DNA of 63,827 bases, filler included, from Choristocarpus tenellus KU-1152 (taxonomy: Eukaryota > Protista > Phaeophyceae), in NCBI GenBank assembly GCA_964200185.2. It is 6 parts of 6 records of this genome, joined end to end, with 100 filler letters (N's around TTAATTAATTAA, not from the genome) between each part and the next. Parts side by side here need not be neighbours in the genome. Positions count along the whole stretch, not along the records: positions 26,051 to 53,938 come from CAXNAD020000137.1; 5 more parts are not named here. One strand, given 5' to 3'. A model generated the notes under the pieces. The model was not told where the DNA came from, did no database searches, and saw nothing but the letters and a program-made list of their open reading frames with translations. A program made the translations under genes and the position numbers. Position 1 is the first letter of the stretch. Each line of letters opens with the position of its first letter. Below, piece after piece: positions 26,051 through 47,800 of this stretch.

Positions 26051-28776
26051 CGGTGATTCTCTTCGCCACCCTTGCCTGAGTGAACCACACCGCCACAGAA
26101 TCACACGATTCACAAAGAGATACGATGAAATACGAAGAAAAGTTTAATCTATTGTCGATATATTCCACTTCATTATATCCCAATCTTGGCAAGGATAAGC
26201 AGTTTCCTTGTCATCTTTGATTTTTTTTTAAACTTCAACGCAATAATATTCACAAGTTCACTACTAGCTGACACTCCACCCCATCATGAATATTGGAATC
26301 CGTCGAGGGACTGCTATCAGCTTGGTCTTTGGCAAGAACCTCGTACCAGTTCGGACCTGATTTGTATATTAGGGTCCTCCCTTAGCCTGTGTAGCGTCGG
26401 TCCGTCAAGCTCTAGCGAGCCACCAGGGGTACCGTATCTACATCAGTGAACGCCGGAACTGTTAGAGGTGGAGCTTGGATAGTACCCTCCCCTTTACCTC
26501 ATCCTTCGGTAGAAGTTGTGGTGCTCTCTGCTTCTTCCCTTTCTTCTGGGTTTTCTCCTTTGGGGTAGAACCTACCCTCCTTTTGGGTTCTCGGTTATAA
26601 CAGGTTTGTCAGCCAAATCAATTTAGGGTTGAAACGGGCAAACCCCCGAAATCAACCAAGAAGGGTGTGAGTACCAATGTTCGAGCTGTCAATGCCCTCT
26701 GCTGATTCTTTGCAATGGGGGGCATTGGTAACTAACCAATCGGTTTGCTGCAGATTGAGACTACTAGAAGGAAAAGAGAATGAAGAATACCGGGCTAGGG
26801 TGCATCTTCCTCCACTCATCTCAACTGGAGTTGAGGGAGTCAGAACAGAGCAGGAGCCTCAGCACAAAACAGATGTACCAGAGCGTCTGGATGATGATAA
26901 CATGATCCGGACATGATCAGTTGAAATTGGAGTGAATCTTTGATATGACTGTCTTTTTTGGTGTTCATCCAGATCTGGATCTTCTGTATGTCTGTGTCAT
27001 TGACTCGTTTCTTGTACAGGCTCAATGCCAAAAGGTCGCATAAATAATGTATCTGACCACCTGCAAGATCCATGTCATTGTGCCACAGATCTCAAATGGG
27101 ACCTATCCCTGACATGTCCCATACTTTATTACAAATCCGTAGTCTATGATATATGTTACCATAATTTTTCACCTAAGTACTTACTGTGTAAAACCAACCA
27201 ATTAATGTCCGTCCATCCATGTGTCTGTTTGAGTGTACATGCCACCGCTTCCTTTTAAAGGCTATTTTTTCTCGTTTCGAGTTTGAACTTTAACTCCTTA
27301 CATGGGGTCAAAGTATCTGGGGGGGGGGGGTGCCGGCGTCCGTTTTTGACCCTGTACTACCACTGATACTACTACTACTACTAATAATGTGTTTATACTA
27401 TACCCATAGTTCCTATGGAAGCCAGATTTCGATCTAACACCTTCAATTGAACATATGCTCCCTCGCCACAAAAACACAAGGATTTGTCCCACTCTCCCTC
27501 CTCTCCTCCCCTGTCCAACCCTAGCCCTTGAAGGGCTCATATTCTTATTTGCTCACTTTCATACTCTGGAACTTCTCCTCTACCTGCACCCTAACCAGCT
27601 TCTAGACCCGTCATTAGATGACAGTACACACTGTACTATTAGTTCTATCCGGTGAACTACCAGTTGCACTAGAACCAATTAGACAGCCTCCTGGATGGAT
27701 GCCTTGGTTTCTCTCATGTGTTGCGTTTCCGTCCAACTCGTGGCCCACCTCCTCCCTCCGCTCTAGTCCGTACACTGTCCATTCATAACAAATCTTCGCC
27801 ACCACGATCCAGGTGTTTCCACTGCTTTTTTTGGTGTAGGACAAGATATTAAGGTACGAAGGTTTACCACCTCGGCAGTTCACTTCTGATATCGTTGTGG
27901 ATTGAAGACAATTTTTGTTCGAAGAAAGGATGACCTCTGTCAGGACCATTCGAACCTGGAAACAGTAGTAGCTACCTGATGTAGAAGGACAACCTCAGTA
28001 TATATTTTCTACATATATAAGATATCAACAATAGTTCAAGAGACCAATAATTTACACATTTTACAGATATGTAAGGAAAAATCAACAGTATCATAACTAC
28101 TACATCAATACAACTGTTACAACATTTTGAAGATCTGAAGTAAAAATGACCCAATTAAGATTGAATGAATATCCCATTTTAAATCTTTAGTGCTCGAAAT
28201 GATGGGTATAGGTTCCAACTATTTTTTGAAGGGATATATATGAATATCTATAGATGCTGGTACAATCTCCCTACAACTAGGAATCATTCCACGACATTTA
28301 TCCAATTTTATTTTCGATTTACTCACACTTCAAGTTTCACAAAGAGAGATAGGGAAGGATTTAATAGGACAGGTGTCAACCTTACAACGAATGGGGTACT
28401 ATTTTATACTTATACCGTGGACCATGGTATGTATATACTGTCAATTTCCATCGTTGCAAGTAAGAGGAATTGAACAAGAATAGGAGGAAACCCACAACAA
28501 CGAACACACAACAGGCAACAAGCAACAGGCAACTGTGAACTTCTCTCTTTTAATTGCGAATCGCCAGACAGGTCCACCACCACAGTCTTGGATACATAAT
28601 CGCTCTATAATACTACTACTTTCATGCGCAATACCGCTAGCAAAGACGTAAGGATGATGGACCACAATAGTGCACATTAGGACAACAACTAGAGGTTGAA
28701 GGAGAAGGATTTGGATGGGATACTTGACTGAGATACCTCCACACAAAGGGCAAAATCGTCCTAGCATATAAGTGGG

Positions 28777-36537
<7,761 letters not shown>

Positions 36538-38640
36538 ATGAGATGTGTGTGCATGCTGAATCTTCAATGCAACTAGTGCATTTCGTTGTTTTCGTCGTTT
36601 TGAGTTATAGTCTGCACTCCTTCTGATTGTAGGGACGAACCAGGTGGCGTGTGTGCTGCTGCTTGAAATAGATGGGAAGGATTTTTTTGTTTTGTTTGTC
36701 ATTGGCCCTAATAGGCAGAGTTCATGTTAATTTGTGTCTGTTGTGATTAGCAATGGTAATGATCCTGTCTGCTACTTTTGCTGTTGATTGTACTCTTTAT
36801 GGTCCGGAGGTCACAATGACCTTTTTATTGCTATGAAATATATATTTGGGGTGGATGTTACCTTCTTTGTTGCTGAGAAGGCATCGCTCATGCTCTTTAC
36901 TTTTTGTGGGAGGTGGGGAAAGTATTTTTGAGAACAGGATGGCCACCTCAATCGACCGGGGGAGGAATCAATTTGTAACTAGTTTGGCTGAGCATTTCTC
37001 AGAAAGCATAAATACACTGTATACATACAGGGAATATCTGATATCTGTGGAATATTCTGCATTGTGATGGTACTATTATTTGTGTTTTGTAGGAATCACT
37101 ATTTCATTGTAAAATTGTTTGGAGTGTATAGAGCTCAATAGTGTAGTAGCTCAAGCAAGGAGTTCTCAGTACGGTCACCGACACATTGACTGGAGCTCAG
37201 GAGCACACAATATTTTGGTTTGCAATAACACAATGTAGTATGGAAAATATTGTTTGTCTCACCTTCTATTGAGCAATGGATAGATAAGGCTACATCTCCT
37301 TTCACTGAATCCATTGCATGACCTTCCGATTTGGTCATAAAGTAGCACCCACTACCTATCAACAATTCAGTAGGCTGCCCCTTGGAGTGCTAGTCCTTTC
37401 ATTCAAGTCCATGTACTGTAGTAAATACTACAACAGGTATGGTCGCATTGGCGAACATTTTTGAATGAGATAGACGGCAGTTGATTTGCAACCTCTGCCT
37501 ACACCTAAGGGACTTTTTCAACCTACCCTGTCCTACAACTTGAACATTCTCTGTGCATGATTGTATCCACTTCAACCATGATCAATAATTGCCTGGACCT
37601 TCACGTTTTGTTTTTATGTGTTCACTGTCAGATGGCTTTGCAGACAGTAATTCTGTTAGACTGAGTCTCAAGAGATACCATGTTTGTGAGATGTGCATGC
37701 AAGATCGCTTTTGATTTTTTTTTTTGCGGCAGGGATAGACTTTGTACCACAGTACCAGGTCCAGGTATGTTGTACACATTGAACTGTATCTGTTTGGCCA
37801 ATGTGTGAGGTATGTTGTTGACTCAGGACCTGGTGCAGGTTCAGGTTATGACCACAGGGTCAGGTCTGGGTCCGAGCACATTTCCTCCAGGTCCAAGGAG
37901 CCTTTTCCTATTTTGCTGGTCACAATACGTGATGACCTCCCTGCCATATATATCTGTACAAAGGTACGGATGCATTGAGGTTGAAAATCGTTCTTATTTA
38001 CAATCAGCCACAAACACATGATCACCTGACCATTCTTCATGCTGCATGAAGGATACAATAGTGTTTGCATGGCTCCTCCATATCTACAGTGTGAATCTTG
38101 AAGTCTGGAGGTGATCGGTTTGAGCCTGTAGCTATGTGCTTCTTGGTCTAACAAATCAAAAGTGGTTATGTGTCCATGTTGGCCACAGCTATGAACACCT
38201 CTGACTTGACTAAGATTTTCATGACTGGATGGTCCCCTTGAGTATGTTTTTCAGGTAACCACTACTCTGAATCAAAAGTAGACGAGAGATAACCAGAGTT
38301 GGATTTTAAAGGATGCCGGCAAATATGTCAAAATTCGTCACTTTTCCAAATTGTGCCGAAATCCTTCAAAGAGTAGAGAGCAATCAACCCTCTCAAGTTA
38401 AACTTAACACTTCAATCATAGAAACATGGGGGAATTGCAAAAGACTGAAAAGACTGGCTTACAGTGCAAAACACCTAAAAATTGGGCACTTCTAATTTAC
38501 CTTGGCTCTCTATCTTTACAACTTTGAGCGGACACCTCAATATATTCAATCAATTTTGTTGGAAACGTCAAGTGATACTGTAGGGTTAGTTCAGTGCATG
38601 TACTTGTACATTGGAGGTATGGAATTGAACCCCCCTTTGT

Positions 38641-38642
<2 letters not shown>

Positions 38643-38672
<30 letters not shown>
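38643..38672. repeat. (GA)n microsatellite
   Basis: Directly visible. Confidence 0.9.
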
Positions 38673-38675
<3 letters not shown>

Positions 38676-40467
38676 AAGGCAGTAGTCTATAAAAAGATAA
38701 TGAATTGACAGTCATCAAAAGGTGCTGTTTTATTAAATACAATGAACATTCTGTACACACAATGGCACTTACAATCCAACAACACTGACACTGAAACACA
38801 CGGGGGATTCTAACAAAGATATTTCAGTGAGGTTATTATGCGTGGAAGACACAGGGTGATAACATGTTGGAACCTACCAAAAACATTTCTCCGAAATTAC
38901 TTCAAATATCATGAAGCACTGTCAAAAGGGAAGGGGGAGTGATGCCACAGCAGCCCTCTGGTGCCAGGCCAGGACAGGGTTTTCAACACCTATCCATTAT
39001 TCATACTAGCATCAAGATAGTGTATGTAGCATGATCATTACATGGGTGTGTCTCAATCCTTATCTCAATCTACAATATGACGTCTTGCACACAAGTCAAT
39101 GGGTGTCAATAAACGATGCTAACATCAACCTACCGGCAACAAAAGAAACCCCTAACCTGTGCATGCCTGAAATATCACTATCTGGAAAGCAAAACACATC
39201 CACTAGGTAGATACTCCAGAGAGAGCAGCAATAAAATAATGATCAAGGTAACCACGCAACCTACAGCTGCCTGTGATGCCCGCTCAACACACATGCAGTT
39301 ATTTGCTACTAGTATGTGTGACTTGGGAGATGCCCATGCTGCATTCCCCTAATACAAAATGTGTAGGCATGGTGGGTTAGTGCATGCCTGGAACATTCAC
39401 CGCATCTTGCCCTCATCCACTTGCTGATACCTAAATACCTTCCACCCTCTGGGGGGTTGAGAGTCCACAGTGGCACACCAAACACACCAACATATACATG
39501 TACACCTTGTGTGTGATAATTCCAATAACTTCAAAACTACCTTTGTCCCAAAAAGCTTTGAGCTCCTAGTGATAGTACTTACACTCCCATTTAAGTAGTG
39601 TCTCTTGTGTGTCCTTACGTCCTCTACACAGTTGGAAATTAGCAACCCTCCCTCATTCACATACAGAGTACTAATTGGCGAGGCTGCTGAGCAGCGATTT
39701 TGGTGGCACGCAGCGAGCAGGGAATTCCCTCTCAATGCAGGAGTCTCACTTTCCGAAGGATCCCCCGCTTGATGCAGACTATGGGTGGAAAGGGGTGCAG
39801 CAAGGAGAGACAGGGGAAAGAAAGAGGGTGATTTCAACCCTTACAAATGGAAGCAAGCCAAAGGGTTATGCTGTGCAACATCACGGAACACGCTTGAGCC
39901 TAAAGAGACATCAAAATGTTGAGTTATGATCTTACGACTTCTCTGCTTGTGAAAGACATATTGATGGTATTCAAAACAACAATTTAGCTAGCAAAATTTC
40001 GACAGTTTTTATGTTGAATTCTCAGATTAATCTTTGTGGTTGGCTGGCCTCAGGCACTGCACCATGGGTGTTGCTCAGTGGCATAGAGTGCCACGAGACC
40101 CAATGTCCCCGAGGCTAATACAAAGTGGTGCTGTGAGGTGGAAATACTTGGGACCAGTATTCAGAGGACTCTCTGGTCTCATTCAGGGTGTCTGAGGACC
40201 TAGATTCTATTACACGTAACTTTGAAAAAAATATATGATCCGCCATATGTACTGCAGGCACAAAATTGCATAGTTTTTCGATGAGTGCTTCATTTTTTTT
40301 CTTTCCATTTGATGGGCATTCATTAACTTACAACAAAATCCATTGCTTGCCTTATCCTCGTAGTAATACACGTGATCTCAAGAGAGCATAAAAAAAAGAG
40401 TTTGCACGAAAAGATATAGATAAGGCCGCCTTCAGCAAAAAAGAGGTGGCTGGCTACAGCTAATACT

Positions 40468-41623
40468 TCAAAAGAGAGCAAGCACACTCTGCATGGAATA
40501 TTGCAGGTAGGAGGATAAAGTTTTTATTAACAGCACATCAACGAAGGTGAAGAGATCTAACCGAAGTGTTTTTGACATAAGATTGCTGTCATTAAACCAG
40601 TGAATAATGACACAATCCAAATTTTGCCACTATAGCCACATGTAACACTACAGCCCGCAATGACAAACAACTGCAGTATAGTGAGTGAAGTGGGAGTTTA
40701 CAATTGGTGTTGAACAACAACCAAGGCACATTGGTGCACTGGCAATTAAAATGTACCAGGTCGTGGCAAAGGTTCACACTGCATATGAAACTAGCCATGC
40801 TGTTTGTTTTAAAGGAAAAAAGAAATCATAGTTTTATATACACAACAAACTGTTCTCTATTGGAAGCTAAGCATGCAAATTGCAGGAACGGGGCATTGAG
40901 GAAAAGAAAGAGGATTGGCACTGTCATGGCAACGATAAAGGTGACAGATCTCAGAGGCCAAAGAACTGCAATGTAAAAGCATTTGCAATAAAGCATAGGA
41001 ATAGAGTCCCACCTTGAGGATAGCAAAGACGCTGGACCCCACAATCACGAAGACGAAAAACACCAAGAGACAGGGTCCCACACTGTATCCATTCTTCTTT
41101 GAGTCGATCTTCCCCTTAGGCACCTTAGGGTGAGGGTCGGTTTGATGCAATGTGCAGCAGAACAAGGGCATTGCCCAAATGTCACGATAAGTTACTTCCA
41201 GCGTTTCTGAGGAGGTCAATCATGACCACCAAGTTCCTTAACACTGCAGAAGTGTATCAGTTGTGCCTAAAGACCGGACCAGAGCAATATCGACACTTAT
41301 AACTGCCAGAATGGGTACCTATGTCAAACAAAAAAAATCACAGACGATAAGGTGGTCGACCACAATGTCTCACAACGGGACTCATTTCCTACCCTCATCT
41401 ACGCTGTAATCGCACCAGCAAAAGCTTTTTACGAGCATGAAGACCATGCAGCTCCACACTCTATGAACCGATCAAAGGATTTTCAACAGATCCAAGGACC
41501 AGCACAGCAATATCAATCGCCTCAGGATCACCCCTTTCACGATGACCTTTTACCTACCACTCCCCTTTTATGAACATTGTTGTTGTACTTGTCGCTTGCC
41601 AGGCGAGTTTTTCGAGACGACAT
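40468..41623 (-). CDS. SERP1: Stress-associated ER protein / ribosome-associated membrane protein RAMP4
   Basis: Exons 41623-41558 and 41123-41013 give MSSRKTRLASDKYNNNVHKRGV/VPKGKIDSKKNGYSVGPCLLVFFVFVIVGSSVFAILK, the typical RAMP4 pattern. The terminal exon 40488-40468 (SVLALF*) is a best guess. Confidence 0.88.
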
Positions 41624-41834
41624 GGTGTGACGAGTATATCTTTCGAACCACGACACAAGGCGGTATCCCTACACCTATTTCTGGTCAGGGGGTTTGAAAT
41701 GTTTGACAACAGAGGGGAGTTGAGGTAGGGGACAGCGTGAGTCGTTAAGTTAGGTGAATCCCAATAAGAAAGCTGAGAAACAAACGTGAGAGTCCAATAT
41801 CAACGACGGGATAAGAATCCATATTCTAGTAAAT
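41624..41834. promoter_or_regulatory. Putative bidirectional promoter between RAMP4 and importin-5
   Basis: Divergent start codons only ~210 bp apart. Inferred from gene arrangement; the importin ATG is itself inferred. Confidence 0.5.
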
Positions 41835-44800
41835 ATGGTCAAAAGCTTGGCAGAAGCCAAACCTTCGGGCAGTAGTAATACTGTCTTACCTCTACCCCTT
41901 GGTTGATAAACTGTGGTAGTGGTGTTGCTTTGCGAGCAGATAAAAAAAAAAATCTTCCCAAACCACAAACACCTACCACAACCACCACCCCCCCGCCCGC
42001 AACCCCGACCTTCACGCCCCCAAACCCCCCATACGCGTTGACGAAACCCCCAGAAGCCGAGGCATGGGATATTAGCCTCCAAATCCTGCTGCAGGCATTA
42101 ACCTCGAAGGATAATGTTAGTCGCAATCAGGCTGAAGTGGCTTTCAATGGCCTCAAGTCATCTCAACCAGAGAGGTTGGTTGATGGTTTGTTGGAGGTGC
42201 GTTCACTTGATCCGGGAGATCGTGTGCTGATTGTATTTAGTGTAAAAGGTGGACTTGGAATATGTTCTTCCCTTCGTAACTTGCGGCAACCTCGGGTTGG
42301 TTTCGTTGCCAGCATACACAGCGCCAAAAGGCTTGATTGATGATTGATGCTGCAGGATCCCACCTAGAAAAATGACTTTAGAGGAAAGCCGAAAATCCCA
42401 GACGGCGATCTAAACCTAGATGCAATTGTCGACGGGAGAATGGTATTCCTGCTTAGCTGCCGATGTTGCAGATGGAAATGATGATCCTTCCACAACCACG
42501 TTTTTCTTTTTGGTCGTGGTTATGGCCTACCTTTCTTGATTGTTCATCCGGTCCCATTTTCTTGGGATCGGCATTCTTTGCGAACGTGGGGTTAGCACTT
42601 GTTGGTCAGTGTAGTGGAAAATGACGCTCTTGTGACTTGTCTACCCTGATGTGAATGGCTGCAACTAGAACCTCTGTTGCAATTAATGGCAAAGTGGTCC
42701 CACCATGTTCTTGAGTCCTTGCGATGGAAGTGTGTATCGATAGTGTCGCATACTGTCCCCTTGCATTGTTTGGTAAGGCGGTTTCTCTGGCGTGTGTGGT
42801 GCACAAGGACCCTAGTCGACGGAAATCTGGTAACGGCGCCTCATCAAGAAGTTAGACATGTGGTGTCACTGTTGTGCCCCCAACCCCAGAAACAGCACAG
42901 TTACTGATAAAAAGCGCATTTCACTGAATATTTCTCAGTCGTTGGTGGCTAAGTCGGAGTAAAATGGTTTTGTTTTGTGTATGGTGTCAAGTTCCGGGTT
43001 CGACCTTATCGCATTACGAAGTGGTTCTTGGTCGACAGGCTGTAGAGGACGTCAGTGGACTTCATGGTTGCTTGTTCCTGATTAACGGGTGGAGCACGCC
43101 ATTGCCTGCAATCAAAACAACTCAGATCAAATGAACAAATCCCAACAGCATCTAGTTGCAGTATTTCTTACCTCCCGTACTGGAAATTGTTGAACTTGTA
43201 CAGCCAAACTGAAATCCTCTCTACACGAAACTTGCGAGCAGGCTCATTGTGTCTCTCAAGAACCTTCTCCCCTGTGCGGATAAACCCCCTTGGCTGAATT
43301 TTTCGCGCAAACCCCTGCAGCAAGTATACCCTTCAATGAAAACTATTTTCGTCGTTTGACTGATTGGGCATCAACAATACCCATAAAACAATAAATAAAC
43401 AGGTTGTGCAATCAACTGTGCTTCCTCCACATGTGAGAGAGCTATCAACAGTTCTCTTGCGGAGGGTGCTGATCCTGGAAGAGCCAGTGCTGTGGGATCG
43501 TCTTCCTGAAGACGGAGAGTGTGGACGGCGAGCGCTTGGGGCTACCCTATTGCGATTACTGACACAAGAGGGTGATGCTTGTGTTCGTAGAAAGGTGAAT
43601 CCCTGGTGGAGACCCTGGTGGGTGCTAGAGAAAGGTTTGTTCCTCAAGCATTGCTGTATTTGATGGAAACTCTAGTTACCTGTTTAGCACTTTTTCATCA
43701 TATTCAGGAGCACAAGTCACCCCCGAGTGGTAAACGGGCTCCCCCAACAATTTATGTATTTGCATATCATCTTGGAATGACCAGTGTTGTGTGCAAGTCT
43801 TGGGTGTCTGTGAAAGAATAGTTGAATTTTTTGTTTTGGGTACCCAGAGGTTTTGCCATCTGGGTATGACAGGGTAATAAGAAGGGAGGGGTACATAATT
43901 TGTTGTAGACCTCTTTGGGGCTCATTACACTGGCTTTTTCTCTTCCCAATCTGATCTGCTAAATCGTGCACAGTCATTGCCCTGTAAACAAGGGTGTACC
44001 CCAACAATGCCCCCTACCTACCCTCTTCTCCTTGAACTTGACTTTCCTGTCAGGTTGGGGATATGGTTGGAGAGCTGGGTTGTGCGGTTCTTGATGAAGA
44101 TGGGCAAGCCGGATGGCCAGAGCTGCTCCCATTCCTCCTTCAGGCCTCAGGTGGACTCACTCCTTCAGTACCACACCATTCAGGAATAAAGCATGCCGGT
44201 CTACAACCATGTTCCAACCAGGGACTACAGGGACAAGCTGGAATGGAGACAGGACTGCAGCTGATGTCGGCAACCGCAGAGCATGTGGCTAGGTTTGCGT
44301 CAAGCAACGATGCGGCAATGGAGGTAAATCTCGTCTCACTGGGTGAATTTTTAGTTCATACAGAGTTTTAGTACATGAAAGACACTTGGATGCGGCCTCA
44401 GTCTGTCCTTTGGATTTATCAAAGGACCACATGATACGATATGCTGTCTTGTGTGAAGGGGCCCTTTTTTTTCTTTAGGGGAACATACTCTCATCTTTCC
44501 CGGTTCTGTGTTGTTCTTGCTTTCCTTAATTTTGATCTGCAAAGGTAGACGAGTTAGTTAGCCCATCGGAACTGATGGTGTACCTGAGGTTGCCTTCATG
44601 GTAGGATTGTGTTTAGGAACTGTAATGCTCTACTAGGTACTTTTTAGAGTGAGACAGACTTGAACATGTGACTTACGTAAGGGTTGGATGACACTGCACT
44701 GAATCACTGCCAGTGTGCATTGCTGGAGTCAAGTTCTAGGTCTGATGAAACCCGAATTGAGTGGATATTCAATTTGATTCATTTAATGCTGTACGTACTG

Positions 44801-47800
44801 AAGTAGAAATACACTCTTGGACATAGATAGAGCACACCAAAATAGTAGATAAATAATAGGTTTGTCTGGTCCTTTGTCGACAAGACTGCATGCAGCGTTC
44901 AAGATTCAGTTATTCGTCCTAAAAAAAATAAAAAATAGACTCATCTGGTAACTGTTCTCCATCCTCTCCTTACCATTCATTCTCTTGTTTGTATCCCCAT
45001 TGCCTGTACATTTCTCCCCCACTGTGAACCATGAGGCGATTATGTCTACCCTTCAGCGATGCCTCTCGGGTGGTGTGGGGGAGGTGGATGTCAGGCTAGA
45101 TGCAGTCAGGGCCTTGGCAGCTGTGGTAGTGTCCTTTGATCAACCATCTGACCAAGTGGGGCTGGCGCCTTGCCTGCCGCACCTGTTGGATGCAGTTCAA
45201 GGTGGGTGGAGAGAGATCTTTCAAGACATTTAGGGTGCTTCCCCAGTGATCTGATTTGTGTTTTGTTTTATTTGGTAGAGAGTTGAACAGTAAGAGGAGT
45301 TGTCAGTTGGATAGGTCTTACTATTATTATTATTATTAGTTTAGAATGGCGCAGGAGCGCTCTGACATCTTGTGTGACAGCAAAGTGTATTGCGTACCCT
45401 AACCCTAATTGAGTGAGTCATTGTTATGTATTACGCCTCCCGGATTGGCTGGAAAATGAAAATGGTAGTATGTATGTGGAAATGTTTTACGCGGCAAGCA
45501 AAGGACAGTGGTGTTTTCTGTTGTGTGGGCTTGGTGAGCTGAAGAGTAGAAACTAACAAACGACCAACACCTAACTATTCAAACACACGTGCTAGTATTG
45601 TCGCATTCACTTCTGACCTCAACTCCCCCTGCTCGCACTATGACTATGACCTTTGTGCTCTTCCTTTGCTAATCAGCCACCCTTTACACTGGTTGTGACA
45701 ATAAATCATGCGAATGTCTCGAGCTGATGATTGAGCTAGCAGAGTTGTGTCCATCCTACCTCCGCCCGCTTGTTGGGCCTTGTGTCATGGGTATGGCTCA
45801 GGTGAGGCAAGATCCTTTCGGTGTTGATTTCTAAATTCTGTTTTAATGGTTTGGGTTAATTCCTAATTTGTTCGAGGCGTTTTGTGTTTTGTGTTTTTTT
45901 TTGTTTATCCTCCCTTGTTGTCGGTGGTGTGTCCTAACACTATCAGCCCTTCCCACCCCTTACGAAGCATTTGATTGAGGTATTTGCCTGTCTTTTTCAT
46001 ACGGCAAGTATCATACATCCCTTTTTGCAGGCGCTGATGAAATGTCAGCTTTGCTTCAGAACTGTCGGGATATGAAGTGGTGTAGATGTCAAGAGCATGC
46101 GATGGTGAGAGGTGGCAAATATGTTCTGGTGCACCATAATCAAAGGGATCTGATACGGTTGACCACAATTATGCTTTTGCCCTTTGTCTCCTCTCTTCCA
46201 CCTCTACTGTTTTTTTCCATCAGACAGTGATGGTGTTCCTTTCCTGTTAAATCACTCGCCTTGACTTTGAACTTGACATACACAGTACATGTTTATCCTT
46301 TTCACACAAAATAGCCTCATACAGCCTACACTTGCATGCTGCTTATTGAGTTGTGCAGGTGGCCAGCAACGCCTCTTTACCAAATTCAGTTCGACATTTA
46401 GGACTTGAGTTTTTGGTGTCACTTGTAGAGTCAGCGCCTGCCATGTGTAGAAAGATAGGCACTCCAGGGGGGACAGACCATCAGCTGTGGGAGGCTGAGA
46501 GAGCAGGGCGACATGGGCAACATGGTCTCGGGGTGGAAAAGGTAGTGGGTAGTGGCTTGGTATTTGCCAGGACAGTTCTGCCAATATGCTTTGACATGAT
46601 GATGGAGGTGGAGGTAGGTTTGGCAAACTGGGTCTATGTTATGGGCCGTTGGTTGGTGGTTCTTGTGTTTGGTGGGGTTTGAGGGTGAGTAGTGGTGAGT
46701 ATTGGGTTAGAATGGTAAGGAAGGTACAAAGCAAATTATACTCACAGGCTTTCTCTTTCTCAGAGGGTGCTATGTACTTCGTTGGTGTTTTGGACCTGGT
46801 ACGATCAATTAAATTGGCCTTGGTCTGCTGTTGCCAACAGCTGGTCAATCTCAACAGCCTGCTCCATTCCGCTATTTGCAATGAAATATGTGCAGGAGAG
46901 TGTGAAATGGGAGGTGGTTGTCTTGGAAGGGTTCTATTGCCTGCAGGGGGACTGAGTACTTCGTTTTATTTATTTATTTGCCCCTCCAGTTTGTTTTTAT
47001 CGGCTGTCATCTTCTTGGGTGAGCATCATTGTACTGCTCTAGTATTTATGTGAATCTCTACTCCAACTTCTTATGTAGAACACAAACAGTATGATACTCC
47101 ACTTAGAAGGTCTATCTCTACCTGATCCTTACTGAACAGGATGATCCCACCTGGATGTTGATGGATGTGGAGGAAGAGGACCCCTTGATGGCAGTGGGTA
47201 GTGAGGTGAGGTTTGCTTTGCTTTGCTATCATTGTACGTAGGTATTGGAACGCAACAACGCTTGAGGGTGTTGTACAAGTACTGGATTGGAGTATTATGT
47301 GTTGAGTCAGAGAACATGTTGGTAGGGGATCCCAGCTCAGCAGAGAGTGAAGTTGGGTAACGTCCATTTTGCTGTCCATACCCGTTGCACAGGGGTCAGT
47401 CATACTCTTATTTTTTGTAAGACCGTTGGCAGATAATGCACATGGAGCGAGGACTGGTGCTCTGACACGTCGTTGTCTTTTGACATATTTGTGTAAAACA
47501 TGGAGGGATACTCTGATTGTTGCTTGTGAAGGGCTCACTGTGGTTGTGTGGTGTGCCTTTTCCTGTGTCTATTGCTAATGCACTAGTGTGCATGGAAGTA
47601 GGTAACAGGTCTGTATGTGAGCTGCGTCTTGCGATCCTTTCGTCTGCTCCAGGGATGTGAATAGGACTCTTAAAGCACCTCGCCTGTGAGCATCTTGAAC
47701 CCTAGAAATTGGAGATTGCTGCGGAGTGATGTAGAGGGGGGGTTGACAGTTTTGTTTTGCATAGGATGAGATAGGTGTATTGCTCAATGTTCAAGTTGAA

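Noticed and set aside
36538-40467. ORFs between TTLL9 and RAMP4
   Set aside because: No motifs or exon chains; consistent with long convergent 3' UTRs or intergenic DNA.
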